DNA of 64,000 nt from Microthrixaceae bacterium (GTDB lineage Bacteria > Actinomycetota > Acidimicrobiia > Acidimicrobiales > Microtrichaceae). A program made the position numbers and the translations under genes. Below are positions 45,176 through 54,942 of the stretch, piece after piece. The stretch is from assembly GCA_023957975.1 (NCBI GenBank), contig JAMLGM010000003.1, positions 12,024 to 76,023 on the forward strand, in the 5' to 3' direction. Position 1 is the first letter of the stretch. Each line of letters opens with the position of its first letter. The notes beneath the pieces are model-generated. The model was given only the letters and a program-made list of their open reading frames with translations, did no database searches and had not been told where the DNA came from.

Positions 45176-45281
45176 CGGGGTCCTTTCGAGATGGGTGCTC
45201 TCGCGAGCCTCTTCACCCTACGGAGTGCCGGCGTGATCGACGCGCCATGGCCTCTCAGGTGCTCAGGCGGCACCCCTGTGA

Positions 45282-46298
45282 TCAGGTGGTCGGATCGCTG
45301 ATCTTCACGACGGTCTTGCCGATGTTGGCACCGGTGAACAGTCCGTTGAGGGCCTCCACGGAATGCTCGAGACCGTCGAAGATCTGTGCTCGGTAGGTGA
45401 GCCGTCCGGCGGCGTGCAGGTCGTTGAGCGCGGCGAACGCCTCGTCGAAGCGATGCCACTGGTGCAGCGTGTTGAACCCCTGCATCGATGCCGTGCGCGA
45501 CAGCAGGTTCGTGTAGTTCGCGGGTCCGGCGTGTTCGCCGGTCAGGTAGGACGAGATGACCCCGCACAGGGCGATGCGCCCGTTGTCGTTGATCCGCCCG
45601 AGCACGGCATCGAGGACCGGACCTCCAACGTTGTCGAAGAATCCGTCGACTCGGCCGGGGCACGCTTCGCGCAGCGCCGCTGCGAGGTCATCGCCGCGGT
45701 AGTCGACGCACTCGTCGAAGCCGAACTCGTCAACGACGACGCGGCACTTCTCCGGGCCTCCAGCGATGCCGACGACCCGCGCCCCGGAGGCCTTGGCGAT
45801 CTGTCCGGCGAGCGAGCCGGTCGCGCCCGCCGCTGCGGACACGACGATCGTTTCACCGGGCTGGGGTTTCACGATGTCGGTCATGCCGAAGTAGGCGGTT
45901 GCCCCGGTCGACCCGAAGACCGCCAACATGGCGAGCTGGTCGACGACTCCGGGGATGACCGTGGTGTAGAGGTCGTCGCGGACCACGACGTAGTCCTGGA
46001 ACCCCGACAGTGTCGTGACGACGTCGCCGACCTTGTAGGCGTCACATCGAGTGGCGACGACTTCGCCGACCCCGGCCGCCCGGATCGCCTCACCGATCTG
46101 CACCGGCGGCAGGTAGCCCGGGCGGTCGTCCAACCAGGTGCGCACCGCGGCGTCGATGCCGACATAGGTGGTTCGCGCGAGCGCCTCGCCGTCGGCGAGC
46201 TCGGGTGCCGGGGCGGTGATCAGCTCGGTGTCGTCGGGGCCGACCATGCCCACGGGGCGGCGGCGCAGCACGATCTGGCGGTTGTCGCGGGGTTCCAT
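45282..46298 (-). CDS. NADP-dependent oxidoreductase (medium-chain dehydrogenase/reductase, alkenal/enone reductase-like)
   Basis: IVLRRRPVGMVGPDDTELI and VVSAAAGATGSLAGQIAK nucleotide-binding motif. Confidence 0.8.
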   Translation of the reverse strand: MEPRDNRQIVLRRRPVGMVGPDDTELITAPAPELADGEALARTTYVGIDAAVRTWLDDRPGYLPPVQIGEAIRAAGVGEVVATRCDAYKVGDVVTTLSGFQDYVVVRDDLYTTVIPGVVDQLAMLAVFGSTGATAYFGMTDIVKPQPGETIVVSAAAGATGSLAGQIAKASGARVVGIAGGPEKCRVVVDEFGFDECVDYRGDDLAAALREACPGRVDGFFDNVGGPVLDAVLGRINDNGRIALCGVISSYLTGEHAGPANYTNLLSRTASMQGFNTLHQWHRFDEAFAALNDLHAAGRLTYRAQIFDGLEHSVEALNGLFTGANIGKTVVKISDPTT

Positions 46299-46361
46299 TC
46301 GGCCGACGCTATCGGCCGCGCCGAGTCCGAGGGGCGGCCTCGTGCGCGTGGGCGACAGTCG

Positions 46362-47423
46362 TCAGCGTGGGCGAATGTCGAGGGTCACCGACAGGCAAAG
46401 GTGGTCCGACAGCGATCCGGCGGGACCGCCCCGTGCGTCGCGTCCGCCGAAGGCCCAACGTCGTGGTCGTTCAGCGGTGATGACGGCGCCGGGCCGGGCT
46501 GAACCGGGCGGGGCGAACCACAGGTAGTCGATCCGTTCGCCGGCGGTCGGCGACCGGTCGCCGTCGAGGTCCAGGACGCGATCGCGATCCTCGGGGTCGG
46601 GCGGAAGACCTGACGGGTGGTCGAAGGTGCACGTGTGGCCCGGCCCGACGCCGGCGTTGGCCCAGAGGTCGCTCACGCCGAGCGGCTCCAGGATCTTGCA
46701 CATGTCGACATAGCGCTCGGTCGGATCGCCGAGCCGGGGATCGCGGTCGTGCGCCGAGACGTTGAAGTCGCCGGCGAGCACGAGGGCGGCGTCGTCACGG
46801 CGGTGTTCGTCGATGAACTCGACCAGCTCGCGAAGCTGGCCGAGGCGAACCCGGTGGTGCCGGGCGGTGTTGTTGGCTCCCGGGATCGGGAACAGGTCGC
46901 CACCCGCGAACAGATGGGTCGACACGACGTCGATGGATGCCGAGATTTCGGTGGCCGACGTCGCGGCCGTGACGCCTTCGGGTGTGTCCCGAACGACGTC
47001 GAGTTGAACCATCAGCGCTCCCTTCGTCGCGAACGTGTCGGAGTCTCGAAGATCACCACCCGAGCGGTAGACGAGTTGGGAACTCCCAGCGACGCGCAGT
47101 CGGCGTTCGTCGACGAGCGTGGCGAGACCGCTGCCGGTGAAGCGACGCCGGGCCCGTCGCGGACCCGCCATGAGCCGCATCCCACCCAGCCGTGCGGCAA
47201 CCGCCGCCTGTTCGCTGTCCTCGAACGCCTCGGCGAGTGCGATCACATCAAACCGGTCGCGCAGCGCCTCGCCGGTGAGCTCCGCACGCCGTTCGACGTC
47301 GGGAGCGAAGACCCGGTCGCTCCAGGGCAGGTGTGGTCCGCCGGGCCACACGCGAGGTGCCAACAGCCACGTGTTCCAGAAGGCCAGCCGCAGCTGCACA
47401 GAGGTCGTATGCGCTTGGGCCAT
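46362..47423 (-). CDS. Endonuclease/exonuclease/phosphatase (EEP) family protein
   Basis: FWNTWLL, IALAEAFE, DVVSTHLFAG, SLSDHLCLSVTLD. Start at the internal ATG 47423. Confidence 0.65.
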   Translation of the reverse strand: MAQAHTTSVQLRLAFWNTWLLAPRVWPGGPHLPWSDRVFAPDVERRAELTGEALRDRFDVIALAEAFEDSEQAAVAARLGGMRLMAGPRRARRRFTGSGLATLVDERRLRVAGSSQLVYRSGGDLRDSDTFATKGALMVQLDVVRDTPEGVTAATSATEISASIDVVSTHLFAGGDLFPIPGANNTARHHRVRLGQLRELVEFIDEHRRDDAALVLAGDFNVSAHDRDPRLGDPTERYVDMCKILEPLGVSDLWANAGVGPGHTCTFDHPSGLPPDPEDRDRVLDLDGDRSPTAGERIDYLWFAPPGSARPGAVITAERPRRWAFGGRDARGGPAGSLSDHLCLSVTLDIRPR

Positions 47424-47597
47424 CACGCAGCAGGGTACCGCTCGTGGCCGGCCGAGCAGCCGGCAACGCCCCACGTCGCCTCGCGTATCGACGCCAAGTG
47501 AGGAGGTGCCCTACGGTGGCGGGCGCTTGATGCGCTCGACGCGCTGGTTCGCGCGGGACACCATCGGGCGCCCGACCATGACCAACGATCCACGAGG

Positions 47598-48476
47598 ATG
47601 CCAATGGCCATTCCCGACAAGCGCCTGACCGAGGCGGACGTGGTGAGCGAACTTCGAGATGGCATGACCATCGGTATCGGAGGATGGGGTTCGCGCCGCA
47701 AGCCGATGTCGCTCGTGCGCGAGATTCTGCGCAGCGACCTGAAGGACCTCACCGTCGTCTCCTACGGCGGACCCGATCTCGGCATGTTGTGCCGCGAGGG
47801 CAAGGTCGCCAAGGCGATCTACGGCTTCGTCTCGCTCGACTCCATTCCGCTCGAGCCACATTTCCGCAACGCCCGCCAGAACGGCACGGTCGAGGTGGAA
47901 GAGCTCGACGAGGGAATGCTGTTGCTGGGTCTGCAGGCGGCGGCGTGGCGGGTACCGTTCCTGCCCACCCGCGCGGGCATGGGGTCGGACCTTCCCCGCG
48001 TGATGCCGCGGTTCAAGACGGTGCGTTCGCCGTACCCCCAGGCCGATGGCAGCGAAGGCGAGGAGCTGTTGGCCATGCCGGCGCTCGAACTCGACGTCGC
48101 GCTGATCCACATGAACCGGGGCGATCAGGGCGGCAACGGCCAGTTCCTGAACCAGGACCTGTTCATGGACGACTGGATGGCGCTGGCAGCGGACAAGACC
48201 TTCATGTCGGTGGAACAGATCGTGCCGACCGAGGACTTCCCGAAGTACGGCTCGATCCACACCCAGCGAATCAACCGTCTCATGACGACCGGTGTCGTCG
48301 AGCGGGCCGGTGCAGCGCACTTCACCGAATGCCCGCCGGACTACGCGCGCGACGAGGCGTTCCAGAAGGAGTACGCGGCATCCGCCAAGTCCGATGAGGC
48401 GTGGGCCGACTTCAAGACCAAGTATCTGGATGTCTCCGAAGCGGAGTACCAGCAACTCGTGGGGGTGGCCCGATGA
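47598..48476 (+). CDS. ipdA: CoA-transferase alpha subunit, IpdA-like (steroid ring C/D opening)
   Basis: DGMTIGIGGWGSRRKPMSLVREILRSDLKDLTVVSYGGPDLG and DEGMLLLGLQAAAWRVPFLPTRAG closely follow the mycobacterial IpdA pattern as I recall it. ATGA-coupled to the beta subunit. Confidence 0.7.
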   Translation: MPMAIPDKRLTEADVVSELRDGMTIGIGGWGSRRKPMSLVREILRSDLKDLTVVSYGGPDLGMLCREGKVAKAIYGFVSLDSIPLEPHFRNARQNGTVEVEELDEGMLLLGLQAAAWRVPFLPTRAGMGSDLPRVMPRFKTVRSPYPQADGSEGEELLAMPALELDVALIHMNRGDQGGNGQFLNQDLFMDDWMALAADKTFMSVEQIVPTEDFPKYGSIHTQRINRLMTTGVVERAGAAHFTECPPDYARDEAFQKEYAASAKSDEAWADFKTKYLDVSEAEYQQLVGVAR

Positions 48477-49276
48477 GCACGACGAGCACGACGACGAGTT
48501 CCGAGATTCTCGACGGCCCGCCCACCCGCGCCGAGGTCTGCGTGGTCGCGGTCGCCGAGGCGTTCCGTGGTGACGGCGAGCGGCTGTGCAACCCGATCGG
48601 CACCATTCCGATGGTGGGCGGGCGCCTCGCTCGCGAGACCTTCGAGCCCGACCTGGTCATGACCGATGGCTTCGGTGCGTTCGCCGCGAACCCGCTTCCG
48701 CCCGGGGCCGACCCGGCAGACGCGGTCGTCGAGGCGTACAACCCGTACGCCAACATGTTCACGGTGTTGTGGAACGGCAAGCGCCACGTGATGATGGGCG
48801 CGACGCAGGTCGACATCTGGGGCAACCAGAACATCGCCTGCATCGGCGATTGGCACAAGCCCCGCAATCAGCTCCTCGGGTTCCGAGGGGCGCCGGGCAA
48901 CACGATTCATCACACGACGAGCTATTGGGTGCCGAACCACAATCCGAAGGTGTTCGTGCCTGCCGTCGACGTCGTGTGCGGCATCGGCTACGACCGAGCC
49001 CGCGAACTCGGTCCGGTGGCGTCCCGTTTCCACGAGATCCGCCGCGTCGTGTCGAACCTCGGCGTGTTCGACTTCGAGACCCCCGACAACCGCATGCGGC
49101 TGCGTTCCTTGCACCCCGGCGTCACCGTCGACGAGGTCGTGGCGGCCACGGGATTCGAGCTGGTCATTCCGGACGACGTCGCGGAGTCGCGCATGCCGAC
49201 CGACGAGGAGATCCGCCTGATTCGCGAGGTCATCGACCCGCGCGGGCTTCGTGAGAAGGAAGTGCCGAACCCGTGA
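48473..49276 (+). CDS. ipdB: CoA-transferase beta subunit, IpdB-like
   Basis: Start at ATG 48473 (MSTTSTTTSSEILDGPPTRAEVCVVAVAEAFRGDGE). Coupled on both sides (ATGA, GTGA). Confidence 0.65.
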   Translation: MSTTSTTTSSEILDGPPTRAEVCVVAVAEAFRGDGERLCNPIGTIPMVGGRLARETFEPDLVMTDGFGAFAANPLPPGADPADAVVEAYNPYANMFTVLWNGKRHVMMGATQVDIWGNQNIACIGDWHKPRNQLLGFRGAPGNTIHHTTSYWVPNHNPKVFVPAVDVVCGIGYDRARELGPVASRFHEIRRVVSNLGVFDFETPDNRMRLRSLHPGVTVDEVVAATGFELVIPDDVAESRMPTDEEIRLIREVIDPRGLREKEVPNP

Positions 49277-50361
49277 GCGAGCCGCAGGGTTCCGCTCGGC
49301 CGGCAGCGCTGTCGACCGCGGTCTGTGAGCTATTCGGGACGCGGTACCCGATCGTGCAGACCGGTATGGGCTGGGTGTCGGGCGCCAGGTTGACCGCAGC
49401 GACGTGCGCAGCGGGCGGGTTGGGCATCCTGGCCTCGGCCACGATGACGTTGCCCGAACTGCGCACCGCGATCGCGAAGGTCAAGGAGCGCACGTCGAAC
49501 CCGTTCGGCGTGAACATGTTGCCGAACCAGTCCGATCTGTCCGAGCGCATCGACCTGCTCGTCGCCGAGGGCGCCCGGGTCGCGTCGTTCGCCGGCGCCC
49601 CCTCGGCCGATGTCGTGGCTCGGCTCAATGACGCCGGCATCGTGTCGATCGTGACGGTCGGGGCGAAGCGTCATGCCGAAAAGATGGTCAAGATCGGCGT
49701 CAGCGTGTTGATCGCACAGGGAGGCGAGGGCGGCGGACACACCGGCTCGACCCCGACGTCGCTGTTGTTGCCGGCCGTGGTCGACGCGACCGAGCGGTCC
49801 GGGGTTCCGGTGCTCGGCGCCGGCGGTTATTACGACGGCCGCGGCCTGGTGGCGGCGCTCGCCTATGGCGCCCAGGGCATCGCCATGGGAACCCGGTTCC
49901 TGTTGACCCGGGAATCGCATGTGCCCGACCACGTGAAGTCGATCTACGTCGACACCCCCGTGACCGGCACCGTGGTGACCGAGGCGATCGACGGTGCCCC
50001 GCAGCGGGTCATTCGCACCGAGATGATCGACCGCATCGAACGCAAGCCGGGCTTTGCTCAGTTCCCGGTGGCGGCGAAGAACGCGTTGGCGTTCGCCAAG
50101 CTGTCGGGAACGCCGCTGAAGGACCTGCTCAAGTCGGGCCTCGAGATGCGCAAGACGCAGGATCTGACGTGGGCTCAGATGGCGCTCGCCGCGAATGCGC
50201 CGATGATGACCCGCGCTGGAGTGGTCGACGGCAAGGTCGAGGCCGGTATCTTGCCGACCGGTCAGGTCGTCGGAGCGATCGACGAGTTGCCGAGTGTCGA
50301 GGAGTTGCTTGAGCGCATCATGGACGAGGCGGCGGCGACACTGCGTCGTCTAGGGGCCTGA
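49273..50361 (+). CDS. Nitronate monooxygenase-family FMN oxidoreductase (IpdC-like context)
   Basis: RYPIVQTGMGWVSGARL and LIAQGGEGGGHTGS motifs. Position directly after the ipdAB-like pair. Confidence 0.75.
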   Translation: MSEPQGSARPAALSTAVCELFGTRYPIVQTGMGWVSGARLTAATCAAGGLGILASATMTLPELRTAIAKVKERTSNPFGVNMLPNQSDLSERIDLLVAEGARVASFAGAPSADVVARLNDAGIVSIVTVGAKRHAEKMVKIGVSVLIAQGGEGGGHTGSTPTSLLLPAVVDATERSGVPVLGAGGYYDGRGLVAALAYGAQGIAMGTRFLLTRESHVPDHVKSIYVDTPVTGTVVTEAIDGAPQRVIRTEMIDRIERKPGFAQFPVAAKNALAFAKLSGTPLKDLLKSGLEMRKTQDLTWAQMALAANAPMMTRAGVVDGKVEAGILPTGQVVGAIDELPSVEELLERIMDEAAATLRRLGA

Positions 50362-50370
50362 CTCCATTTC

Positions 50371-50385
50371 CTGACGATCCGTCAG
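50371..50385. promoter_or_regulatory. CTGAC-N5-GTCAG palindrome, site A
   Basis: catttcCTGACgatccGTCAGaaatg, ending 8 nt before ATG 50393 of an acyl-CoA dehydrogenase gene. Confidence 0.4.
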
Positions 50386-50392
50386 AAATGTC

Positions 50393-51598
50393 ATGATGGC
50401 GGGCGTGGATCTGACCTGGACTTCCGACGAGCAGGCCTTCCGGGACGAAGCCCGCGCCTGGCTCGAAGCAAACGTTCCCAACCCGCCGTTGCCGAGCGGC
50501 GATACCGCTGAGGGGTTCGCTCTCCATCTGGAATGGGAGACGAAGCTCTTCGAGAGCCGCTGGGCCGCGGTGTCGTGGCCGACCGAATACGGCGGGCGCG
50601 CGGCGAGCCTGTGGGAGTGGCTGATCTTCGAGGAGGAGTACTACCGCGTCGGAGCTCCCCAGCGGGTCACCCAGAACGGCATCTTCCTGCTGGCGCCCAC
50701 CATCTTCGAGTTCGGCACCCAGGCCCAGCAGGACTATTACCTGCCGCGCATGGCAGCCGGGATCGACCTGTGGGCCCAGGGATGGTCCGAGCCCAACGCA
50801 GGTTCCGACCTCGCGGGTCTCACCTCCAAGGCGGTGCGCGACGAAGAGAACGGCGGCTGGCGGCTGTACGGCCAAAAGACCTGGACCACCCGCGGAGCAT
50901 TCTGTAACTACCTGTTCGGGCTGTTCCGCACCGATCCCGACTCCGAGCGCCACAAGGGCCTCACCTACCTGCTCGTGCCGCTCGACGCCGAGGGTGTGAC
51001 CGTGCGCGGGTTCGGCCGCCTCGACGGAGACGAAGGGTTCGCCGAGGTGTTCTTCGACGGTGCCTTCGTGCCCGACGGCGACTCCGATCCGGTCAACGGC
51101 GGGGTGCTCGGCGAGGTCGGCAACGGCTGGGGTGTTGCGATGGCGACCACCGGGTCCGAGCGAGGGTTGACCCTGCGTTCCCCGGGGCGGTTCACCGCTG
51201 CTGCGGCCCGGCTGGTGCAGCTCTACCGTGAGCGTGGTGGGACGGTCGACGACCCGGGCGTGCGCGACGCCGTCGTGCAGGCATGGATGGACGCCGAGGC
51301 CTATGCGCTGTACACGCTGAGCGATGTGACCGGCATCGTCGAGGGCAACGCACCGGGGGCGCGCAGTTCGCTCAACAAGATCTTCTGGTCCGAACTCGAC
51401 GTGCGGTTGCACGAGGCGTCGCTTCGCCTGCTGGGCGGCGAGGCCGAACTCGAGGAGTGGGGCCCTGCGGGCGAGCAGGTCGAGAACCCCTGGTTGAAGG
51501 GGTATCAGTTCTCGCTGTCAGGTCCCATCTACGCCGGAACGAATGAGATCCAGCGCAACATCGTCGCCGAGCGTGTGCTCGGGCTGCCGCGGAAGTAG
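50393..51598 (+). CDS. Acyl-CoA dehydrogenase (large subunit of a likely two-gene pair)
   Basis: GWSEPNAGSDLAGLTSKAV, GQKTWTTRG and the C-terminal YAGTNEIQRNIVAERVLGLP motifs. Confidence 0.85.
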   Translation: MMAGVDLTWTSDEQAFRDEARAWLEANVPNPPLPSGDTAEGFALHLEWETKLFESRWAAVSWPTEYGGRAASLWEWLIFEEEYYRVGAPQRVTQNGIFLLAPTIFEFGTQAQQDYYLPRMAAGIDLWAQGWSEPNAGSDLAGLTSKAVRDEENGGWRLYGQKTWTTRGAFCNYLFGLFRTDPDSERHKGLTYLLVPLDAEGVTVRGFGRLDGDEGFAEVFFDGAFVPDGDSDPVNGGVLGEVGNGWGVAMATTGSERGLTLRSPGRFTAAAARLVQLYRERGGTVDDPGVRDAVVQAWMDAEAYALYTLSDVTGIVEGNAPGARSSLNKIFWSELDVRLHEASLRLLGGEAELEEWGPAGEQVENPWLKGYQFSLSGPIYAGTNEIQRNIVAERVLGLPRK

Positions 51599-51607
51599 GT
51601 CGTCACC

Positions 51608-52615
51608 ATGCAATTCGCCTTCACCCCCGAACAGATCGAATTCGCCGACGTCGTGGCAGATCTCCTCGCCAAGGAGTGCTCGCCCGAACAATTGCGTGTC
51701 GCCTGGGATAACGAGTCGGGGACGATCCCCGGCCTGTGGGATCGTCTCGTTGAGATGGGCGTGCCTGGGCTGTTGGCCCCCGAAGGTCTCGGCGGGTTCG
51801 GTCTCACCGAGCTCGACCTCGTGCGCATCAGCTACGAGGCGGGACGCGTTGCGTTGCCGGAGCCGTTGAGCGCGACCGCGGGCGTGGTCATTCCTGCGTT
51901 GCGCGATCATGCGCAAAGCGACGATGCCGAGCGCTGGATCGCAGCGATTCTCGGCGGCGAGGCACAGGTCGCGCTGGGCCTCGCTCGCAACCCGTTCGTC
52001 TTGAACGCATCGGCCGCGCAGACGTTCTTGCTCGAGGCCGACGATGGGCTGCATCTCGTCGACGCCGATGCGGTCGAGTTCGCGCCTGAAACCTCGGTGG
52101 ATCACAGCCGTCGTCCGTTTCGTGTGGAGTGGACCCCCTCCGACGCGACCCGACTGGCCAACGCCGAGGTTGCGGCGGCAGAGGCGAACACCCGCTCGGC
52201 GTTGTTCAGCGCAGCCGAACTGTTGGGGCTCGCCGAGACGATGTTGTCGCTCACCACGGGATACGTCGCCGAGCGTAAGCAGTTCGGCGTGCCGATCGGG
52301 TCGTTCCAGGCGATCAAGCACCACTGCGCCAACGCGCTACTGAAGCTCGAGTTCGCGAAGCCGCTCGTGTGGCGCGCCGCCTACTCGTTGGCCACCGGTG
52401 ACGCCGACGGGGCAGTCCACGTGTCGATGGCCAAGGCCGCCGCGTCGGACGCCGCAGATGTCGTGGGTCGCATCGCGATGCAGTGCCACGGCGGCATCGC
52501 CTACACGGTCGAGTACGACCTTCACCTGTACCTGAAGCGGTCGTGGGCACTGATCGCTCAGGACGGAAACGCTGCGGCGCATCGTCGCCGCGTCGCAGAC
52601 GCCGTGCTGGGCTGA
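51608..52615 (+). CDS. Acyl-CoA dehydrogenase family protein (short subunit)
   Basis: 335 aa. ERKQFGVPIGSFQAIKHHCAN and HGGIAYTVEYDLHLYLKR. Adjacent to the 401-aa ACAD, as in alpha2beta2 steroid ACADs. Confidence 0.8.
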   Translation: MQFAFTPEQIEFADVVADLLAKECSPEQLRVAWDNESGTIPGLWDRLVEMGVPGLLAPEGLGGFGLTELDLVRISYEAGRVALPEPLSATAGVVIPALRDHAQSDDAERWIAAILGGEAQVALGLARNPFVLNASAAQTFLLEADDGLHLVDADAVEFAPETSVDHSRRPFRVEWTPSDATRLANAEVAAAEANTRSALFSAAELLGLAETMLSLTTGYVAERKQFGVPIGSFQAIKHHCANALLKLEFAKPLVWRAAYSLATGDADGAVHVSMAKAAASDAADVVGRIAMQCHGGIAYTVEYDLHLYLKRSWALIAQDGNAAAHRRRVADAVLG

Positions 52616-52618
52616 CGA

Positions 52619-52770
52619 CCTCGGTCTCGCCCTCGGTCTCGCACCGGTCCTGCCCACAGTTCAACTGTGGGCAACGCGGGTCACCTGTCGGCCGGTTCTG
52701 CCCACAGTTCAACTGTGGGCAGGGCGGCGGAACTGTGGGCAGGGCGGCCGAACTGTGGGCGGGGCGGTGG
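52619..52770. repeat. Repeat-only intergenic region: 12-mer x2, 23-nt palindrome x2 (48-nt period), 20-mer x3
   Basis: CCTCGGTCTCGC at 52619 and 52631. TGCCCACAGTTcAACTGTGGGCA at 52651-52673 and 52699-52721. AACTGTGGGC(A/G)GGGCGG(C/T)(G/C)G at 52711, 52731 and 52751. Confidence 0.85.
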
Positions 52771-52774
52771 CGAT

Positions 52775-53671
52775 CTACGCCTCACGCACGGCGCGCACGA
52801 TGTGCGCGTTGGCGTGGAACTTCACCCCGTGCCCATCGAAGCGGGGGGCGAGTGCGTCGGAGAGCAACTGGCGTGCCTCCTCGCGCCGATCTGCCACCAG
52901 GGGGCTGAGCGACGATGCGCCCAAGACGAACTCGACGACCTCGGCGAGGCTGCCGGGCCCTCCCAGATACAGCGGGTCATCGACGACTTCGAAGGTGACG
53001 TCGCTCCAACCGGCGGCCTCGAGAATCGACTCGACGCGGTCCTGGTCTGCGAAGGAGAAGGGCCCGGGGGCATCGGCCGGAGACGGTTCCGGAAGCGGTG
53101 CGATCGGAGCCAACGCAACCGCAGGCACCGACATCCACTCGTTCGAACTCGCGGGTCCCCAACAGGCGAACCCGAGCCGGCCCCGGTCGCGAACCATCGC
53201 AGCGAGGTTGGCGAAGGCGGCGATCGGGTCGTCGAAGAACATGACACCAAAGCGGCTGACGACCACGTCGGCGAGTTCGGTCAGAGGCGTCATCGTCTGC
53301 ACGTCGGCCTCAACGAATTCCACGTTGGTCAACCCGGTGCGCTCCTGTTCGTGGCGAGCGCGTTCCAACATCGGACCGGACACGTCGACGCCGATGACGT
53401 ACCCGGTCGGCCCGACGGCACGAGCCGCTTCGAAGGTGGTGGCACCAGCGCCGCATCCGACGTCGATCGCCCGATCCCCCGGCAGCGGCGCCGCCGCACC
53501 AACAGCGAGCAACGAGTAACGCTCAAGTTGGAGGTCGTAGCGTTCGGCGCTGTCGGCCCAGGCTTTGCCGCGATCACCGCTCCAGAAGTCGATCTGTTCC
53601 TTGTTCGGGCTCGAGTCGTTCCCGGTCGGCGTGTTCGCAGAGGGATTATTCGCAGAGGGGTTGGTCGCCAT
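52775..53671 (-). CDS. Class I SAM-dependent methyltransferase
   Basis: Start at ATG 53671 (MATNPSANNPSANTPTGN...). SAM motif AIDVGCGAGATT, then VVSRFGVMFFDDP. Confidence 0.8.
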   Translation of the reverse strand: MATNPSANNPSANTPTGNDSSPNKEQIDFWSGDRGKAWADSAERYDLQLERYSLLAVGAAAPLPGDRAIDVGCGAGATTFEAARAVGPTGYVIGVDVSGPMLERARHEQERTGLTNVEFVEADVQTMTPLTELADVVVSRFGVMFFDDPIAAFANLAAMVRDRGRLGFACWGPASSNEWMSVPAVALAPIAPLPEPSPADAPGPFSFADQDRVESILEAAGWSDVTFEVVDDPLYLGGPGSLAEVVEFVLGASSLSPLVADRREEARQLLSDALAPRFDGHGVKFHANAHIVRAVREA

Positions 53672-53734
53672 ACAGACAGCTTGGCAGACATCGGGTTGTG
53701 GTCGGCTTCGACCCCGCCGCGGCGAAGGCGTAAC

Positions 53735-53749
53735 CTGACACAACGTCAG
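53735..53749. promoter_or_regulatory. CTGAC-N5-GTCAG palindrome, site B
   Basis: taacCTGACacaacGTCAGatatc in the divergent region between the methyltransferase and thiolase genes, 26 nt before ATG 53775. Confidence 0.4.
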
Positions 53750-53774
53750 ATATCGCGTTCGAGAAAGGCCCGAG

Positions 53775-54923
53775 ATGGCTGAGGCATACATCATCGACAC
53801 CCTGCGTACCCCGGTCGGAAAGCGTGGCGGCTCGCTGTCCCAGGTGCATCCGGCCGATCTCGGTGCGTTCACGCTGAAGACGCTCGTCGAACGCACGGGG
53901 ATCGACCCGTCCGCCGTGGATGATGTGGTGATGGGGTGTCTCGACACCATCGGCCCGCAGGCCGGCGATATCGGCCGTACCGCGTGGCTCGCGGCGGGCC
54001 TCCCTGAGGCCGTTCCCGGGGTGACGATCGACCGTCAGTGCGGTTCGTCCCAGCAAGCCGTGCACTTCGCTGCACAGGGGGTCATGAGCGGCACCCAGGA
54101 CCTGGTCGTCGCGGCGGGCGTGCAGAACATGTCGATGATTCCGATCAGCTCCGCCATGACCGTCGCCGAACCGATGGGCTTCACCGACCCGTTCAGTGGC
54201 TCGACCGGCTGGGTCGATCGCTACGGCACCCAGGAGGTGAGCCAGTTCCGCGGCGCCGAACTCATCGCCGAGAAGTGGGAGATCTCCCGCGAGGACATGG
54301 AGGGGTTCGCGATCGAGTCGCACACCCGGGCGATCCGGGCGCGCGAGGAGGGTCGCTTCGACGCAGAGATCGTCGAGTTCAACGGCCTTTCCCACGATGA
54401 GGGTCCTCGCGAGCCGAACGTCGACAAGATCCGCTCGCTGCAGACCCTGGTCGAAGGCGGACGCATCACCGCGGCGGTGGCCTCGCAGATTTCCGATGCT
54501 TCGGCCGCAATGTTGATCGCGTCGGAGCAGGCGGTGAAGGACCACAACCTCACCCCCCGCGCTCGGATCCACCATCTTTCGGTGCGTGCGGATGACCCGA
54601 TCTTCATGCTGTCGGCCCCGATTCCCGCGACGCGCTATGCGCTCGACAAGGCGGGGATGTCGCTCGACGACATCGACCTCGTCGAGATCAACGAGGCGTT
54701 CGCGTCGGTGGTGTTGGCCTGGGCGAAGGAGCTCGACGCGGACCTGTCGAAGGTGAACGTCAACGGTGGAGCGATCGCGCTCGGGCACCCGCTCGGTGCC
54801 ACCGGGGTGCGGCTCATGACCACAATGCTGAACGAACTCGAACGCACCGGCGGTCGTTACGGGCTGCAGACCATGTGTGAGGGCGGCGGACAGGCCAACG
54901 TCACCATCATCGAGCGCCTCTAG
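53775..54923 (+). CDS. Acetyl-CoA C-acyltransferase (thiolase)
   Basis: AYIIDTLRTPVGKRGG, DRQCGSSQQAV (active-site Cys), NVNGGAIALGHPLGATG, MCEGGGQA. Confidence 0.9.
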   Translation: MAEAYIIDTLRTPVGKRGGSLSQVHPADLGAFTLKTLVERTGIDPSAVDDVVMGCLDTIGPQAGDIGRTAWLAAGLPEAVPGVTIDRQCGSSQQAVHFAAQGVMSGTQDLVVAAGVQNMSMIPISSAMTVAEPMGFTDPFSGSTGWVDRYGTQEVSQFRGAELIAEKWEISREDMEGFAIESHTRAIRAREEGRFDAEIVEFNGLSHDEGPREPNVDKIRSLQTLVEGGRITAAVASQISDASAAMLIASEQAVKDHNLTPRARIHHLSVRADDPIFMLSAPIPATRYALDKAGMSLDDIDLVEINEAFASVVLAWAKELDADLSKVNVNGGAIALGHPLGATGVRLMTTMLNELERTGGRYGLQTMCEGGGQANVTIIERL

Positions 54924-54942
54924 GCATCGCCGGAGACGACCC

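Noticed and set aside
52616-52774. Short repeat cluster as a CRISPR array
   Set aside because: The units are 12, 20 and 23 nt with no unique spacers of 25-40 nt between them. There are only two or three copies each and no cas genes in the window.
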